Below are positions 49,400-59,036 of a stretch of DNA of 64,000 nt, piece after piece. This stretch comes from Oligoflexales bacterium. Its GTDB lineage: Bacteria > Bdellovibrionota_B > Oligoflexia > Oligoflexales > CAIYRB01. The position numbers and the translations under genes were made by a program. Under the pieces are notes generated by a model. It worked only from the letters and a program-made list of their open reading frames with translations. It was not told the DNA's origin and made no database searches. The first letter of the stretch is position 1; the number at the start of each line of letters is the position of its first letter. Where the stretch lies: assembly GCA_041736175.1 (NCBI GenBank), contig JBGSUI010000246.1, positions 44,990 to 108,989 of the forward strand, given 5' to 3'.

Positions 49400-50458
49400 A
49401 TGATATCAAGTGAAGCCCTCTCAAGAATCCTCGCGCTCCCAAAAGATTGTGACGCGTCCGAATCTACCTCTGACGTCCGTGTGCTCCTGCGCCGGCAGTT
49501 TCATAAAGCTGTTTTACTCCATCAAAAGGAGCACGATATGGTGCTTGATTCAATGAGGGTACTCTATCAGCTTGATCGACAAAACGCCGCTGGAAACCTC
49601 GGGCTCACCCGGGATCAATATATCGAAGCACTGGGACTTTCGCCAGACGTTTACTGGAAGAGACTCCAGGCAGCCAAGGTCCTCGCCTATTTTCCCGCAT
49701 TCGTGGAGTTATTCAAAACGGGACAAACCCACGTCTCGCAACTTGCCATGGTCTTGGGTAAAATCACCGCAGCGAATGCCGACCTTATTTTAGAGGGAAT
49801 CAGAAATAAAACAAAAAGGGAGTGTGAGGCATTTCTATCGAGGGTCACATTCGAAGGGACCCTGTTGCCTGGTCAAGAAACCGTTCAAATCACACTGACT
49901 TTAACATTACAGGAGATGGCTCTTTTAGACCGTGCCCGAGAAGTGTTGTCCCATGGGGGTCATGTACCAAAGAATGCCGAGGTGGTGATCAGTGCCTTAG
50001 GGGATCTCCTTGAACACCGTGATCCTTTGCGAAAAGCAGAAAGGGCCAAACAGAGACAACAAAAGAAGGAGCAGGGGAAGAACTCCGAGGAGGGTGTCGT
50101 CCCGGGGCAAACGCCGACCGAGACCGTGGTCCCGGTAAACCCGGTCCCAGATTCGGTGACTCCCGATGTGAAACCAGCTGCGAAAAAACACCGGTCTGCA
50201 ATTCCCATGGCCGTTCGCCACGAGGTGTGGTCCCGGGACAACGGTCGCTGCACCTGGACAGAGGTGGATGGGAGTCGTTGCAAGGAAAAGTTTAACTTAG
50301 AGCTCGATCACGTCCAAACGATGCACTGTCATGGGGGTACCCACGAGGTAGAAAATCTTGCCCTTACCTGCAGGCGTCATAATCAACTTTCGGCAAGAAA
50401 AAGGTTGGGTGAAGAATTTTGGGCGAAAAAGAGGCAGGAGTGGGATCTACCTCTCTAG
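49400..50458 (+). CDS. HNH endonuclease with a helical N-terminal domain (DUF222-like architecture)
   Basis: RHEVWSRDNGRC...RC...LELDHVQ...GGTHEVENLALTCRRHN gives an HNH site with zinc ligands. Confidence 0.88.
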   Translation: MISSEALSRILALPKDCDASESTSDVRVLLRRQFHKAVLLHQKEHDMVLDSMRVLYQLDRQNAAGNLGLTRDQYIEALGLSPDVYWKRLQAAKVLAYFPAFVELFKTGQTHVSQLAMVLGKITAANADLILEGIRNKTKRECEAFLSRVTFEGTLLPGQETVQITLTLTLQEMALLDRAREVLSHGGHVPKNAEVVISALGDLLEHRDPLRKAERAKQRQQKKEQGKNSEEGVVPGQTPTETVVPVNPVPDSVTPDVKPAAKKHRSAIPMAVRHEVWSRDNGRCTWTEVDGSRCKEKFNLELDHVQTMHCHGGTHEVENLALTCRRHNQLSARKRLGEEFWAKKRQEWDLPL

Positions 50459-50574
50459 GGGAGCGCGTCGCCCCGGAGCGATCTACTCAGAGTGAATTTT
50501 AGCCGATGGAGTGGTCGAATCCGTGGTCGAGGGGTGACTTTTGGCCAGCCGTGGAGTCGAGGCCACCCAGAGCC

Positions 50575-51171
50575 TCAAGGAGATCCAAAAACAATCTCAA
50601 GAGATTGAGATTCCTTTAGCAAAGTTGACCTGATAGAGATCCGATCACGGACCAAATACTCGGCCCCTGGGACCGGTATAAAAAGTCGTGCTGTTGTGCC
50701 ATAGTATTCAAAGCGCTTTTTAAAAAGACCAGAAGGGTAAAACTCCCAATTATCTGGGCTCCCAATAGATCGATGAAATCCATCCGTTCCATCAACCGCC
50801 CCTGATAAATCTTCATTTGTATAATTTTTGACTTGATTCGGAAGTTTGACCTCTATCACAATGACATAGCTTTGACGAGGCGCAGGCCGCTGTGGCTCTG
50901 TCCACGCAGTAAAGCTGCCTTTTACGACTCCTTTTGGAGGTGGCGGTGAAACATTGGTACTTAGGTCGGGCTCTTTTTTAGGCTTAGATGGAGTCGAGTC
51001 CTTTGTGGAAGTTTCACCTGAGGTTTTAGATGAAGTGGCTTCATCCTGAGAGGATTCATCCATGGTCTCCTGTGGAATCACCTCTTGTTTAGTGGTTCCT
51101 CCAGAAAAGCCTGACCCATCTGAACAAGCTGCGATCATCACAAAATGAATGAACAGTGTGACTTTATTCAT
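50575..51171 (-). CDS. Hypothetical lipoprotein
   Basis: Lipobox IAAC and an S/T-rich linker. GGGAG RBS. Confidence 0.7.
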   Translation of the reverse strand: MNKVTLFIHFVMIAACSDGSGFSGGTTKQEVIPQETMDESSQDEATSSKTSGETSTKDSTPSKPKKEPDLSTNVSPPPPKGVVKGSFTAWTEPQRPAPRQSYVIVIEVKLPNQVKNYTNEDLSGAVDGTDGFHRSIGSPDNWEFYPSGLFKKRFEYYGTTARLFIPVPGAEYLVRDRISIRSTLLKESQSLEIVFGSP

Positions 51172-51205
51172 TAGGATCTCCCCAAATTAAAACAAGCTAT
51201 TCTCC

Positions 51206-51233
51206 TCATCGGTTTATGTTTAAAAAAACTTTA
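51206..51233 (-). promoter_or_regulatory. Putative sigma-28 (FliA) promoter
   Basis: On the reverse strand, TAAAGTTT-N12-ACCGATGA, ending 34 nt before the ATG at 51171. Confidence 0.55.
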
Positions 51234-51257
51234 GAATTTACTAATTTTCAATAGATA

Positions 51258-52175
51258 TTATAAACTTATGTGTGCCTTTTGGACCTGTAGGAATCGCGAG
51301 GTTGATTGCGTAGGGTTCAATTTCTTTCTACCTTGGAGACCGACAAGGGAGGTGCCCTGAAATCCGCAAGGGCAGATGCCTGACATAAGCACCGCTCGGT
51401 CACCGGTCGCATAACGCAGGAGGGGTAGTGCCGTCGAAAACATTTTGGTGACTATAACCATCGCTCCCGGCCCAACTTCAACAAAGATATCCTGAAAAAC
51501 ATGATATCGACTAGACTCAACGGCACACTGCCAGGCAATGGCACCGGTTTCTGTAGCTGAATAGGTATGGAACACCCTTGTGTTCCCACTTTGAACTCGT
51601 TGCCGAATACTTGCGGCTAAGGGCAGGGCAGTGGAATAAAATGCCGATGCCTTCGGCTTTATTTTTTGCTTTAAAATCCAACATATTCCCTCAGGAGAAC
51701 CCAGGATGAGTGGGGCGAACTGGAGCCTTTCTCGGCAGACATCGGGATGATGCCATAGATTGCAACGCTCAATATTGATGCTAAAGTCACTGAAATTGAG
51801 CTGGACCTGATATTTTAAGCTCTGTGGCAGCGAACACAGAAAAAATCCATGGACCATCGGTTGGTCCTGGAGGCCGCACCCTGAACGGATCAACTTCCAA
51901 TGGCGACGGTTGTCATCCCTATTGCGATAGACACGGAGAGGTTGGCCGGTTGTTCCCGAACTATAGATGGGAAAGGCTGTCGCAGGATCAACCAACATCT
52001 CCGTCGCTGATCGCAACAGATCGTCTCGCCTGAGAATGGGAAAATATTCAAGAACAGATGGATGCAATAGATCGGGAAACACGAGACCTTGGCGTTCACA
52101 TAACCGACGATAAAACGGTGCCTGTAGGATCTGGGTAGCGACTTCCTGTGAAAATCCTGGAAATTGATTCATCAT
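51258..52175 (-). CDS. Phenylacetate-CoA ligase (PaaK/CapK)-like adenylate-forming enzyme, short
   Basis: YSSGTTGQP P-loop, YSATETG, LPLLRYATGD and CPCG...LQGR motifs. The protein ends shortly after GR, so the usual small C-terminal domain appears to be missing. Confidence 0.8.
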   Translation of the reverse strand: MMNQFPGFSQEVATQILQAPFYRRLCERQGLVFPDLLHPSVLEYFPILRRDDLLRSATEMLVDPATAFPIYSSGTTGQPLRVYRNRDDNRRHWKLIRSGCGLQDQPMVHGFFLCSLPQSLKYQVQLNFSDFSINIERCNLWHHPDVCRERLQFAPLILGSPEGICWILKQKIKPKASAFYSTALPLAASIRQRVQSGNTRVFHTYSATETGAIAWQCAVESSRYHVFQDIFVEVGPGAMVIVTKMFSTALPLLRYATGDRAVLMSGICPCGFQGTSLVGLQGRKKLNPTQSTSRFLQVQKAHISL

Positions 52176-52792
52176 TCTGTCGTCCAAAACGACGAGATGG
52201 TTTTCTGTTGCAAGAGTCTGGTACGTTCCGCATTGGAGTAGGTATACCAGGGTTGAGTCAGGTTGATTCCATAACCGTTCAGTAAATCGACCTCTTCCAT
52301 ATATTGCAATACATTGCGTTTAAGGGTAAGGAGGCGAGAATAGTAATGGTTGCCAAATACTTTCAGGATGGCAGCTGCTGTGGTGAAAACTGTCCAATCT
52401 TCAATAGAAAAATGAAGCTCAGGTGGAATCCAAAAATAATCTTGGGGGGTAACGGATTTGTTTAGACCTATAAGGATCTGTTTCTGATCTTCTTGGAAGC
52501 CTAGGTCCCTCAAAACCTGGGTGTCTAGCAACCTCACTGGCTGGAGTCTTTGAGGTTCAAAGACAGCTAAGCTGCCAAAAGTTTGTATGCCCAAATCCAC
52601 AGCAGGATAACGATTTTCAAATAAATACACATAGGGGTTTTGTTGGGGTGCTAGTTGTAAAAGACCGTCATGGGCTAGCTGTTGAAAACCACAAGGACCG
52701 GGAAATCGTAGAAAAGTTTTCCCGAGTTCATCTGCATCGAGTGGTTTACCGATCGACAGCAGTGAGCTCGGAGGATTGTAAACTCTACTCAT
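52172..52792 (-). CDS. Hypothetical protein in the MoxR operon
   Basis: GGAG RBS before the ATG at 52792. Overlaps both neighbours. Confidence 0.7.
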   Translation of the reverse strand: MSRVYNPPSSLLSIGKPLDADELGKTFLRFPGPCGFQQLAHDGLLQLAPQQNPYVYLFENRYPAVDLGIQTFGSLAVFEPQRLQPVRLLDTQVLRDLGFQEDQKQILIGLNKSVTPQDYFWIPPELHFSIEDWTVFTTAAAILKVFGNHYYSRLLTLKRNVLQYMEEVDLLNGYGINLTQPWYTYSNAERTRLLQQKTISSFWTTE

Positions 52793-53390
52793 AGCTACTC
52801 CGATTAGCTGCTGCTTGTTCTTGCAGTTGGGCAATGATTCGATTGCGCTCGTCTAGTTCACTTTGTAATTTTTTCTCTGCCACCGCAGCCTCCTTGAGAG
52901 CCCGCAGATAATCCCCGACGTGGAGTGCCTGGGTTGATTTAGCCTTGGCTTCACTTGCGATTGGAATCTGAAAAGTCGCCGCCCAATGACGCAAAAACTC
53001 CTCCTGTCGAAATACAGATTTCGCCAGAAGGTCGGGAGGGATGCCGCGAATACGATAAAGAAAGTCTTGGATTGCGACCTTGGTTTGCCGCTGGTCTGGC
53101 GTCAATGAGGTATGCTGAATCGTCTCGAAAAGACCTAATTCCTGGGCGAGCAGTGCCATCCACCCGAGGTGCTTTAAGCCAAAGGGTGGTGACAGCTGTT
53201 TTGTTTGAAGAAGCTTCAGCTCATCAAGAGTTGGTTCCGCAGATTTCAGAGCATTCACCCAAGCTGACTTTGGGAGAGGCGCCCATCCAAGCTCCAAAAG
53301 CCAATCATTACATGCAGCGACAGCGAAATCGAATTCGACTGGAAATGCCTGAAGTGATTTCCATTTTTTGAGAAGCTCCGGTAGGTTCAT
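52785..53390 (-). CDS. Hypothetical helical protein in the MoxR operon
   Basis: ATGA overlap with the upstream gene and a C-terminal coiled coil. Confidence 0.7.
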   Translation of the reverse strand: MNLPELLKKWKSLQAFPVEFDFAVAACNDWLLELGWAPLPKSAWVNALKSAEPTLDELKLLQTKQLSPPFGLKHLGWMALLAQELGLFETIQHTSLTPDQRQTKVAIQDFLYRIRGIPPDLLAKSVFRQEEFLRHWAATFQIPIASEAKAKSTQALHVGDYLRALKEAAVAEKKLQSELDERNRIIAQLQEQAAANRSSYE

Positions 53391-55012
53391 GCCTTTTCTC
53401 CAAGAAGTGCCTGTGCCAGCGTACTGGCGACTCCGGCAAAATCCTGCATATTTTCTACGGGAACAAAACAGAACCTAGGTGATTTCACAATCCTCTCTCC
53501 AAGCACTTTGGCAAGGTCCTCTCCACGCACTCCTGCAAGCAAAGCGATCACCATTTTAGAGCTTTCTAGAGTGGATTGAAGCGTTTGCAGCGCTACAGTG
53601 TCTTTGGCATTCCCAAGAAAGTCTGAATCAGAAATAATAATCCGATAAATTTTCTTTCGATCGCTAGCCCATTCTTTGAGTTGTTGAAAAGGAAAATCCG
53701 TGCCTCCACCAACATACTGGAGGAAAAATTCTCGGGCCCGGTTCTCTGCCTGCATCCATTGACTTGAGAGGAATGGACCACTCGAATAGATAACTCCTCG
53801 GACCTGGCCACCCTGCCTGATACAGTGGATCGACAGGATCAATGCAGCAAGTGTCATCATATTGGTGTCATGCAATGGATTAGGCATTGAGCCGCTGGTA
53901 TCAAGATAAATCTCAAAATAAGGTCGTTCCGTCCCAGCAGTCCATTGGCTTTCATCAGGGAGAAGATCTCGCCGTAAAAGTTGAATGGGAGCAGCTTTCC
54001 CAAGACGTGAAACAGATTCCAGCCAGTCAATCTGGTTCAGTTCATCGCCACTGTTCCAATGTTCCAATACCGATGGGATAAAGGCCTCAGGCCTCTCTTC
54101 CCCCTCGCTTCGTGGGAGCGCTTCAATATGCCGATCGATCAGCTTTCGATAGTAACGGTCGGCCGCAATCTTTAGCCCGCCACTGTCTGATCCCGATCCG
54201 CCTTTGAGTGCCCTTTGCAAAGTCCTATAGGCCGCGTTTTTAGTGCTGCCTGCTTCAGGGATAGGCAGCAGGTCTCGGGCTCTTTCCAGAGCCTTTTTCA
54301 TAGCAGGTGTAGCCTCTCCACCCTCTGGATATTCCTCGGCAGGTAGTCCTGGAAAATCACCCAAAAAGGGATCTCCCTTAAAATCGGAGTCGGATGGCTT
54401 ATCTAAAAAGCGGATAAATCTGGCTAAAAAGAAAAGAAACTGATCATGGAAGTCTTCCATCTGATAAAAATCTTGAGTAAAGCTCCGTAAATGCGCTTTC
54501 CAACCACTGTCGATCGAAAGTCCAAATTCACCTTCGATACCCCACAAAACCTCGTATACAAACAAGTATTGAGCGAACATGGGACTGACGTTTTGCTGTT
54601 CTTGAATGGCGATTTTGTAGACTCGTATGAGTTGGCGTCTGAATTCTAAGTCCCTACCGACCGCTTGATTAACCAGGAGATCCCAGAATAAGTTTTGGAA
54701 CACAAAGGGTAGACCAGGAATAAGCATTTCCGCTAAGAGATGTAGCTCGGCCGCGATTCGTAAGCTATGGGGAAAGCGCAGATGATGCCCGATCTCATGG
54801 GCAAAGATGCCAGGCAAGCAATCACTGGCCTGATTTTTTATAATCCATGCACTATTAAAGATGATTTGTCTGTCTTTGATTCCAATGCAGGCGATCGCCG
54901 GCGATCCAGCCATTGGATGCTTTGCCGAGTCGATAGGCGGCTGTAGCTGTGTGGATAATCCCCAAAAGGTAAGAGCCGCTTGCCATGAGGATTTCACGTG
55001 GTCAACCATCAT
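53387..55012 (-). CDS. Zincin metallopeptidase (HExxH) fused to a vWA domain
   Basis: FAHEIGHH, NLFWDLLVN, MIDAS IYLDTSGSM, GGGTDF and IIISD motifs. Confidence 0.85.
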   Translation of the reverse strand: MMVDHVKSSWQAALTFWGLSTQLQPPIDSAKHPMAGSPAIACIGIKDRQIIFNSAWIIKNQASDCLPGIFAHEIGHHLRFPHSLRIAAELHLLAEMLIPGLPFVFQNLFWDLLVNQAVGRDLEFRRQLIRVYKIAIQEQQNVSPMFAQYLFVYEVLWGIEGEFGLSIDSGWKAHLRSFTQDFYQMEDFHDQFLFFLARFIRFLDKPSDSDFKGDPFLGDFPGLPAEEYPEGGEATPAMKKALERARDLLPIPEAGSTKNAAYRTLQRALKGGSGSDSGGLKIAADRYYRKLIDRHIEALPRSEGEERPEAFIPSVLEHWNSGDELNQIDWLESVSRLGKAAPIQLLRRDLLPDESQWTAGTERPYFEIYLDTSGSMPNPLHDTNMMTLAALILSIHCIRQGGQVRGVIYSSGPFLSSQWMQAENRAREFFLQYVGGGTDFPFQQLKEWASDRKKIYRIIISDSDFLGNAKDTVALQTLQSTLESSKMVIALLAGVRGEDLAKVLGERIVKSPRFCFVPVENMQDFAGVASTLAQALLGEKA

Positions 55013-55823
55013 GTGGTTGGTCCTTTCGTGTCCAAAGCCAGATGCTTTGGGAATCTTGAAAAATGGCTGCTGCTGCGATGTGATTTTCAGTGTAATCCTG
55101 AAGGTTCAGGGGCAATCCCAAAGCGTTTATGAACGGAGGACTTCCCTGGACCTTCACCTTAGTGGTGAGTACCGCAGTAGATTTTTCTATAGATAAAATG
55201 CTTCCATCGGGCACATAGAGATTCAAGGCTACGTTTTGAGCCGGGGTTCGGCCTGTTACCTGGAGAATGGGTGGAGCGATCATTTCAAGTCTGAGGGGTA
55301 AAAAAAACCCTGACTTCAAGGTTGGCACCCGCAGGACCTTAAGGGTTTTAGACTTTAGTTCGGAGATATCTTGGCCCGCAGGGATCTCTATCATCGACAT
55401 GAGATTTAGCACCTTCACGGACACCTGCTCTAGATTTTCTATTGACTGGAGGATTCTGACTAAGAGATTGGAAATCCATCGAGGTTCTTCTTCGAGGGCA
55501 TCGCAGAGGTTCCATAGATCCACTAGCATTTCCAGTTGCTGCCTTGCTGATCCACAGCGGCTTAAGTGTATGGGAACTTTTTGCAGCAAAAGCAGATCAT
55601 GAATATTACAGGAATTTGGAAAAAGCCGTCCTAAACCAAGGGATTCACTACAAAGGCAAATATATCCTGCAATGATTGCCTCCCGTTCTTCTTCCTTGAG
55701 GCTCCCATTTGTCTGCTGGAGTTTTGGAATTTTATCCCGAACAAGTAAATCCCAGATGCCTGAGCTCCAGCGGGAGTACTTTCTCCGGTGCTCGATTTCA
55801 TAGGTCTCAAGTGTTTTTTTCAT
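55002..55823 (-). CDS. Hypothetical protein in the MoxR operon
   Basis: ATGA overlap with the ATPase gene and an 11-nt overlap with the vWA gene. Confidence 0.7.
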   Translation of the reverse strand: MKKTLETYEIEHRRKYSRWSSGIWDLLVRDKIPKLQQTNGSLKEEEREAIIAGYICLCSESLGLGRLFPNSCNIHDLLLLQKVPIHLSRCGSARQQLEMLVDLWNLCDALEEEPRWISNLLVRILQSIENLEQVSVKVLNLMSMIEIPAGQDISELKSKTLKVLRVPTLKSGFFLPLRLEMIAPPILQVTGRTPAQNVALNLYVPDGSILSIEKSTAVLTTKVKVQGSPPFINALGLPLNLQDYTENHIAAAAIFQDSQSIWLWTRKDQPHDG

Positions 55824-57343
55824 GCCTCTTTGCCTGAGGTGCTAAGCCAAACAAGGTAGTTTTTGTAGCGACTATGGAACGCCTTAAGCTGCTGAAGCAT
55901 TTCATAATTAAAACCGGAAAATTCATGCTCCTTAAGCAACTCAGTCATAAGCGCCAGAACATCTTTTTGTCTCTGTTTTGCTTCTTTTAAGGAGACACCA
56001 TCGAGACCAGTTTCTAGTTGGTTCCGAGTGTCCGCGACTTTTTGGCGCATCCCTACCACTGTAAGATACTGTTCACTGGCCCGATCCATCATTTGTCGAA
56101 TCCAGGCGACTCGATCACCCAGGAGGAGTTGCTGGTCATCATCAGCAAAAAAGGCACTGCGATGGTTGGGCTTGAGTTTCTCGTGGAGAACCCACGGAAC
56201 GATTTGCCGCATGTCCTCCCATTCAACCCTAGATTCACCGCGAAAATAGGCAAGAGCTTTTGCGAAATGCAGACAGGTGAGATAGGCGCGGGCCGAGACA
56301 CCGTTTTCTGTCTGGGTACAAAGGTGGCGTCTTTTGTCTAGAGGGCAGTTTTCATCGCAAACGGAGGCTACTTGCTTGCCTGCCAGATGCAACGTGTCCT
56401 TGGACATATATTCAAAATCTGGTGAGGCACGTCGGCAGAAATCCAACTGCCCCAGAAAAAACCCCAACTGATCCAAGGCTTCTGAAGGAATGGGTACGGC
56501 ATTGATATTTTTGTCTATTTCTGTCAACTCTTCTGCTGAGAAAATGATGTCTGCTGGAATGTGATCCTGTGGATCGACGCCACTTTCCAGTCGCTTGAGC
56601 AGCTGGTCGATAAATCCCGAATTGAACGGCACAGCACGGACGACCACATCAATGCGATCTTTCAACGCATCGATCACTTGAAAGGTACCACCACCAGCAT
56701 CATCGTTGGCTGTCAGAAACCAGCTCGATTGGCTGGAATAAACATATTGATCCAACATCTCCGCATAGCCATCTGACATCAGCGACAACAATGCTGATTG
56801 TGTTTTGGTTGGAATCCGATTGTACTCGTCTATGATCTTTACCCGTCCACTGATCCACTTTCTCCAAGAAATTTTCACTTCTTCCGCTGATTGGGCTTTC
56901 ATAAGGTCGGCGGGCAATGGTGCGCCCAGTAAATCGCTCACAGAAAGTTGAGGATGGCCACGCAATATGGACCGCCTGACTTCGTCCTTGGGCATGCCTG
57001 CTATAAGAGCCATAATGATCGCAGATGTGGTCTTACCACGGCCCGGCCCACCGATCATCAGCGCTTTGCGCTGGGTAAAGAGCGTGAGCAGGGGTATCAA
57101 AACGTAAGAACTATAGCTCATCGATCCCGGCAGCTGGATTTTGTCCCCAGAAATGTTCATCAGAGTGGTGTGTCCACCGAAAGCAATATCATAGTGGGGA
57201 CAAATAATCGCGTTATTGATGATCCACCAATAGGCTTGCCGCATCTTGTCATGGAGCTGCATGCCATCCCTGGCTGACAGGTGTATACTCAAATCAGGAC
57301 CGAGTTTTGCCCGACGGTTTTTCCATTCAAACAGTGGACTCAT
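55820..57343 (-). CDS. MoxR-like AAA+ ATPase
   Basis: Walker A GGPGRGKT, Walker B IIDEYNR, TQSALL, sensor-1 LTAN, ALKDR and sensor-2 GVSAR. Cys-rich insert. AAGGAG RBS. Confidence 0.9.
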   Translation of the reverse strand: MSPLFEWKNRRAKLGPDLSIHLSARDGMQLHDKMRQAYWWIINNAIICPHYDIAFGGHTTLMNISGDKIQLPGSMSYSSYVLIPLLTLFTQRKALMIGGPGRGKTTSAIIMALIAGMPKDEVRRSILRGHPQLSVSDLLGAPLPADLMKAQSAEEVKISWRKWISGRVKIIDEYNRIPTKTQSALLSLMSDGYAEMLDQYVYSSQSSWFLTANDDAGGGTFQVIDALKDRIDVVVRAVPFNSGFIDQLLKRLESGVDPQDHIPADIIFSAEELTEIDKNINAVPIPSEALDQLGFFLGQLDFCRRASPDFEYMSKDTLHLAGKQVASVCDENCPLDKRRHLCTQTENGVSARAYLTCLHFAKALAYFRGESRVEWEDMRQIVPWVLHEKLKPNHRSAFFADDDQQLLLGDRVAWIRQMMDRASEQYLTVVGMRQKVADTRNQLETGLDGVSLKEAKQRQKDVLALMTELLKEHEFSGFNYEMLQQLKAFHSRYKNYLVWLSTSGKEA

Positions 57344-57466
57344 AGCTGGACTCCTTGGTAAGACTGTCTCCCATTGTAATCGGGGGAGAAGTAGACTCTC
57401 AAGCCTTTTTAAGAATTTTCGTCCCCATTTTGTTAGAATTTAAACTCTATCCTCCGCGGAGTCAAA

Positions 57467-58030
57467 ATGAGTTGGTTGGAAGCTGCTGCTAATCTAGTTA
57501 ATCTATTTTCTATTTTCTTGGCAGCAAGAAATCACATCCTTACCTGGATCACTGGTATCATTGGATGTTTGCTCTTTAGTGTACTTTTTTTTGAATCCCG
57601 ACTCTACGCTGAGGTCACACTCCAGGTTTTTTTTATAGCATCTAGTATATTCGGTTGGAGTCGATGGCGCCCAGATGCATCCGGCCAGGTACGTGCCGTG
57701 AGCCGAGTATCTTTATGTAGTCTTTGGGTCTATCTCATCGCAGGGTGTCTTGGAGCGACTGCATATGGAAGTCTTTTAAAAGTCTTAACCAATGCCAGCT
57801 ACCCCTTTGTCGACTCTGCCGTCCTGGCGTTCTCAGTGATCGCTCAGTTGCTCCTTATGAATCGCAAAATGGAAAATTGGTATTTTTGGATCCTCGTGAA
57901 TCTTATTTCTATCCCATTATATGTGTCCAAAAATCTTTACTTGACTGCTGGTGTTTATAGCATCTTTCTCATAAACGCTGTGTTTGGAGTGGCGTCCTGG
58001 CAAAGGAGTCTAAAGAGTGAAGCGGTTTAG
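57467..58030 (+). CDS. pnuC: Nicotinamide riboside transporter PnuC
   Basis: Multi-TM protein with IFGWSRW, PFVDS, AQLLLMNRKMENWYFWILVN motifs, adjacent to a NadR-like gene. Confidence 0.92.
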   Translation: MSWLEAAANLVNLFSIFLAARNHILTWITGIIGCLLFSVLFFESRLYAEVTLQVFFIASSIFGWSRWRPDASGQVRAVSRVSLCSLWVYLIAGCLGATAYGSLLKVLTNASYPFVDSAVLAFSVIAQLLLMNRKMENWYFWILVNLISIPLYVSKNLYLTAGVYSIFLINAVFGVASWQRSLKSEAV

Positions 58031-59036
58031 CTTTGGATTAGTCGTCGGTAAGTTTAGCCCCCTCCATAAAGGACACGAAGCGCTGATCCAAGCAGCTATG
58101 GAATCCTCTGATGATCTTGGGATTATGTGCTACTCTAACCCCGAAATGGGAGGCTGCAGTTCGAGTCTACGTGAGGGCTGGCTTAAGCGGCTTTTCCCAA
58201 AAGCATCCATCTTGGTTCTTCCCCCTGAAACCTGTCCAGCAAACGATGCTTCTGACCATATTCACCGGCAATTTGTCGCTGACCACTGCAACGACACTTT
58301 CAAAAGACAGCCTGATGCGGTGTTTGCAAACGAAACCTATGGGCCAGGGTTTGCAAAGCATTTAAGTGGAGTTTTTGGCAAACCAGTGGCGATTGTATCA
58401 CCAGACCTCGAACGTCAACAGATACCAGTTTCAGGGACTATGATCCGACAAGATGCTCACTTGCACCGGAAGTTTCTTTCGCCACTTGTCTATGCTGATT
58501 TTGTAGAGACAGTTTGCTTTTTAGGTGCCGAAAGCACCGGAAAAAGCACCTTGGCGAGGCAAGCTGCAGAAATGTTTCATACCACATGGGTGGACGAATA
58601 TGGCCGAACCCTTTGGGACCAAAAGAATGGAATGCTTGCCTTTGAGGATCTACTCTTGATTGCCAAAACCCATATCTGTAACGAAGATAGGCAGAGACTG
58701 CAAGCAACACGCTATCTTTTTGTTGATACCAGCCCCCTGACAACCTCTTTTTACAGTCAGGAGCTTTTTGGAAAGGTCGACCCAGAGCTAAAAAACCTTG
58801 CGACAAGACCCTATCATCACATTTTTTTGTGTGATACAGATTTCCCTTTGGTCCAAGACGGTACCCGTAGGGACGAAGCCTTTAGGCATAAACAACAGGC
58901 GTGGTACCGAGAGGTGTTGCAGAGGGAAAAGATCAATTTTCATATTTTGCGTGGATCTATTAAAGATAGATTGCGTTCTATCCATCATATTCTTTTAAAC
59001 CAAACTTCTCGCGACGAGGACCTGCCTCCAGCCTAG
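58017..59036 (+). CDS. nadR: NadR-like bifunctional nucleotidyltransferase / ribosylnicotinamide kinase lacking the HTH domain
   Basis: GKFSPLHKGH (HxGH), VSGTMIR, GAESTGKSTLA, EYGR, FVDT and QDGTR motifs. Confidence 0.85.
   Translation: MKRFSFGLVVGKFSPLHKGHEALIQAAMESSDDLGIMCYSNPEMGGCSSSLREGWLKRLFPKASILVLPPETCPANDASDHIHRQFVADHCNDTFKRQPDAVFANETYGPGFAKHLSGVFGKPVAIVSPDLERQQIPVSGTMIRQDAHLHRKFLSPLVYADFVETVCFLGAESTGKSTLARQAAEMFHTTWVDEYGRTLWDQKNGMLAFEDLLLIAKTHICNEDRQRLQATRYLFVDTSPLTTSFYSQELFGKVDPELKNLATRPYHHIFLCDTDFPLVQDGTRRDEAFRHKQQAWYREVLQREKINFHILRGSIKDRLRSIHHILLNQTSRDEDLPPA

Noticed and set aside
49400..50458. HNH protein as IscB, Cas9 or TnpB
   Set aside because: No PLMP N-terminus or RuvC motifs are visible, and the nearby palindromes are irregularly spaced rather than forming an array.
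46115..50458. Prophage remnant (tail fibre plus HNH)
   Set aside because: The fibre has a signal peptide, and there are no capsid, terminase, integrase or other phage genes.
57344..57466. NAD or other riboswitch upstream of pnuC
   Set aside because: The region is a short divergent intergenic spacer with no recognisable aptamer pattern.
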